A DNA stretch of 64,000 nt from Cyanobacteria bacterium SIG31 (GTDB lineage: Bacteria; Cyanobacteriota; Vampirovibrionia; Gastranaerophilales; Gastranaerophilaceae), in assembly GCA_015152465.1 (NCBI GenBank), contig SUTX01000005.1, forward strand, positions 10,528-74,527, read 5' to 3'. Numbering within the stretch: the stretch's first letter is position 1; each line of letters starts with the position of its first letter. The notes under the pieces were generated by a model that saw nothing but the letters and a program-made list of their open reading frames with translations, was not told the DNA's origin and ran no database searches. This document shows positions 61,121-64,000 of this stretch, piece by piece. The position numbers and the translations under genes were made by a program.

Positions 61121-61402
61121 ATGCATTTAGTGGACGAAATTCTTTGTAAATTAGAAACAGCAGATAATACAACTAAGAACCAATTAGAAAATAAATTAGT
61201 AGAACAAGGCTCAGCTGTTGTACCAGCATTGGTAGATAAATTACAAAGCATTAGTGGTGTTAAAAGAGGTGTTGTTGCTATGACACTTATAAGAATTGGT
61301 GAAGCTTCTGTGGAATATTTAAGAAGAGCGGCTTCTGACAATAAAGATTTTGAATGGGTTGCTAAATATCTTATTTCAGAAATTCAAGGTATTGCAGCTT
61401 AA
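61121..61402 (+). CDS. Small HEAT-repeat-like helical protein
   Basis: G..VVPALVDKL....R..VA.TL.RIG...V.YL pattern; RBS aggag. Confidence 0.6.
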   Translation: MHLVDEILCKLETADNTTKNQLENKLVEQGSAVVPALVDKLQSISGVKRGVVAMTLIRIGEASVEYLRRAASDNKDFEWVAKYLISEIQGIAA

Positions 61403-61415
61403 GTAAAGCTTTAAT

Positions 61416-61447
61416 AAAAAAGCCGAGTATTAACTCGGCTTTTTTTT
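61416..61447 (+). terminator. Terminator
   Basis: aaaaaagccgagt-atta-actcggctttttttt. Confidence 0.8.
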
Positions 61448-61461
61448 GTTAGAATAACATT

Positions 61462-61941
61462 ATGAGTGATAAAACAAAAGTTACATTATATACTGATGGT
61501 GCTTGTAGCGGTAATCCCGGTACTGGCGGTTATGGTGCTGTCTTGGTGCATGTTGATAACAATGGTGCGAAGCATGAAAAAGAGTTTTCACAAGGTTATA
61601 GGATGACTACTAATAATCAAATGGAACTATTAGCTGTTATTGTTGGCCTTGAAGCTCTTAAAAAACCTTGTGATGTAACTGTTTATTCAGATAGTAAATA
61701 TGTTGTAGACGCATTTAATAACAAATGGATTGATGGTTGGATTGCTAAGGGCTGGAAAACTGCAGGTAAATCTCCTGTTAAAAATGTTGATTTATGGAAA
61801 CGTCTTTTAAAAGCAAAGGAACAACATGATGTTAATTTTGTATGGGTAAAAGGTCATGCTGGGCATGAATATAATGAGCGTTGTGATTTATTAGCTGTAA
61901 ATGCAAGCAAAAGTGAAAATTTAATGGATGATATTCTTTAG
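61462..61941 (+). CDS. rnhA: Ribonuclease HI
   Basis: YTDGACSGNPG, TTNNQMEL, YSDSKYV, WVKGHAG, NERCD. Confidence 0.97.
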   Translation: MSDKTKVTLYTDGACSGNPGTGGYGAVLVHVDNNGAKHEKEFSQGYRMTTNNQMELLAVIVGLEALKKPCDVTVYSDSKYVVDAFNNKWIDGWIAKGWKTAGKSPVKNVDLWKRLLKAKEQHDVNFVWVKGHAGHEYNERCDLLAVNASKSENLMDDIL

Positions 61942-62928
61942 AGCTTTTTGAAGTTTGTTTATTTTTTTTAAATTAGTGCCTACGCCACAAAGCAACATTG
62001 TAGTTTTCTCGTTTGTGCGTTCATCTTCTATAAAATAATTGTTAAACAAATCTTCTGAAAGTTTATATCCACCTTTTAAAAGAATTTTCGTTGGGTCGTC
62101 ATTTAGTTGTCGTATGTTCAATTTTCTTATGTCTTTTATTAAATTTTTTATATGTGATTTACCTCTATTAGAGTTCAAAAATTTTATATTAGCTTCTATT
62201 GACGCAAGCATAGGGTATGACGGTGATGTTGTGGTTATCATTTTTAGTGCTTCTGTTGGGTCAATATTGTTTGAGTGTAAAAGTGCTGTGGGATTCAATC
62301 CACCAGCTGTTTTATGCAGTGATTGGATTGTGAAATCTGCAAATTTTACTGCTGACATAGGGAGTTCATCGCAAAATGGATATAAAGCACCATGAGCTTC
62401 ATCAACAATTAGTGTGACGTTTTTAGCTTTGCAGAGCTCGCTAATTCTTTTTATGTCAGCTACAAATCCCTCGTATGTAGGTGAGGTTATTATAATAGCG
62501 TCTGCTTGGTGTTTGTTTAATAATTCTTCGACCTTTTGAACAGTAATAGCACGGTATATTCCAAGCTCGTTATCTTTGGATAATGTGTATTTTATGCTAT
62601 TTGCACCACAGAGCTTTGCACCATTTTCATGGCAAGGATGAGCATTGTCCCATATAAGAACAGATTTTGGCTTTGTTGCAAGTAGTGCAGTAATTATGCC
62701 GCTTGAGGAACCATTGGTTAAAAATTTTGTATATTTTGTTCCGTATATTTTTGAAGCATGTTCTTCGGCTTTTATTAAAGCTTCTTGTGGTGCAAAAGTA
62801 TCGACTTCAGAAATATCGGCTTTGTACCATTGATAAAATTTATGAAGAATGCAAAAGCTACCACCGTGACTTGGTGTTGTATAAAGTGTATTTTTAGTTT
62901 TCTTTTTTAAAATGCTCATTATTGACAT
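61921..62928 (-). CDS. PLP-dependent Orn/Lys/Arg decarboxylase-like protein (short form)
   Basis: TPSHGG, LTNGSS, TSPTYEG, VDEAHGA, QSLHK, TTSPSYPMLAS. Confidence 0.85.
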   Translation of the reverse strand: MSIMSILKKKTKNTLYTTPSHGGSFCILHKFYQWYKADISEVDTFAPQEALIKAEEHASKIYGTKYTKFLTNGSSSGIITALLATKPKSVLIWDNAHPCHENGAKLCGANSIKYTLSKDNELGIYRAITVQKVEELLNKHQADAIIITSPTYEGFVADIKRISELCKAKNVTLIVDEAHGALYPFCDELPMSAVKFADFTIQSLHKTAGGLNPTALLHSNNIDPTEALKMITTTSPSYPMLASIEANIKFLNSNRGKSHIKNLIKDIRKLNIRQLNDDPTKILLKGGYKLSEDLFNNYFIEDERTNEKTTMLLCGVGTNLKKINKLQKALKNIIH

Positions 62929-63310
62929 ACCTAAATTTTATCACAGTTTAATAAATCTTTACAAATTTAAAAAAATAGAATGCAATGGTAGGTGCTTTTT
63001 TAGCTTGTGCGTTAACTTATGTAACAATTTTTAGCGATTGGCGTTACAAAGTATTAAACATGTGGAATTAAGAAACTAAGGACAGTATAATAAATGTAGG
63101 GTATATGGATATCGTACAAATAAGAAGAGCAAAATTAGATAAAGATAAACTAGCTACAACCCGCTTGCGATCATGCTTTGAGCTGACTAGGGGCAGTCTT
63201 GGCGTACCTTTTGGGAGGTGCGCTATGAATGAATTGCAAGTTGCAAGCGAAAAAGCTGTACAAACTTTATCCCTCTCCCATAAGGGGCGAGGGACTAGAG
63301 GAGGTGTTTT

Positions 63311-64000
63311 ATGATATCAATAAACACCAACCTCTCAAGCCTTATCACCCAACGCTCACTTACCAAGAGCACCGATGCACTCAATCTAGCGATTGAGCGA
63401 ATGACAACGGGCTTTAAGATAAACCATGCAAGCGATAACGCAGCTAACTATTCGATATCCACCAATTTAACAACAAAGATTAGCTCATATATGGTAGCAG
63501 AAGAAAACGCATCAATGGGACTTGATATGCTATATTCTGCAAACGGAAGTCTTGATCAAATAACAGATAAACTAGAACGACTACGAGCTCTAGCAACCCA
63601 AGCAAACAACGGAACCTATGGTGCACAATCTTTAGAAGCTATTAACTCAGAAGCGAATGCATTAGTAGATGAAATAGAACGTATATACTCAAATACAGAG
63701 TATAACGATATTAAACTTTATAATAATTCTTCTATTGAAAGGCCGAAACCAGGTAAAGATGGTTTTATTGAAGATATTGTTAGACGTGATGTTACTGCGA
63801 TTGATAGATTTTCAGAGGTTAATGATGAAGTCGCTTTAAATACTGGTGAGTATTCAATATCATCGGCACAAGATTTAACCAAATTGGCACAAATGACTAA
63901 TGATGGATTAATTGGCGAGGATTGTGTATTTATATTGGCTAATGATATTGATTTATCTGGAATAGAAAATTGGGAACCAATAGGAAACTCGACAAACAAA
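63311..64000 (+). CDS. Flagellin-like protein, 5' partial, running off the window
   Basis: MISINTNLSSL...ERMTTGFKINHASDNAA...RLRALATQANNGT...EIERI; RBS gaggaggtg; open to base 64000. Confidence 0.92.
   Translation, partial: MISINTNLSSLITQRSLTKSTDALNLAIERMTTGFKINHASDNAANYSISTNLTTKISSYMVAEENASMGLDMLYSANGSLDQITDKLERLRALATQANNGTYGAQSLEAINSEANALVDEIERIYSNTEYNDIKLYNNSSIERPKPGKDGFIEDIVRRDVTAIDRFSEVNDEVALNTGEYSISSAQDLTKLAQMTNDGLIGEDCVFILANDIDLSGIENWEPIGNSTNK

Noticed and set aside
60973-61341. 122-aa minus-strand ORF
   Set aside because: Antisense to 61121-61402, which has a good RBS and terminator

Overview
AT-rich bacterial chromosome segment with mostly core genes: rlmD, DEDDh exonuclease, trxA, galE, birA-oadGAB, ilvC, gyrA, metK, leuS, fliP-fliQ-fliR-flhB-flhA plus a PilZ gene, a ycf45-like ATPase, tonB-exbB-exbD-exbD, holB/holA, an RND pump, pnuC, tdk, queF, proA, tyrA, an M16 peptidase, speD, rnhA and the 5' part of a flagellin gene. 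It also has tRNA-Ile(GAU) and tRNA-Arg(ACG). Gene content (ycf45, flagellar gate, diderm envelope genes, low GC) suggests a non-photosynthetic cyanobacterial relative (Melainabacteria/Gastranaerophilales); this is inference only. I saw no rRNA, CRISPR array, transposase, integrase or prophage. Main signals: (1) a stand-alone type IV prepilin fused to YadA-like head repeats and a phage-type S74 self-cleaving chaperone; (2) at least seven unrelated proteins sharing an Asn/Ser-rich leader ending in [ILP]-[STA]-F-[KEA]-x, a candidate export or processing signal, which recurs internally at domain junctions of two fusion proteins; (3) a Rosetta-stone fusion linking an adjacent pair of unknown membrane proteins; (4) several unexplained structured non-coding elements and a recurring HLR1-like direct-repeat motif. 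All alignments, counts and pairings were done by eye.
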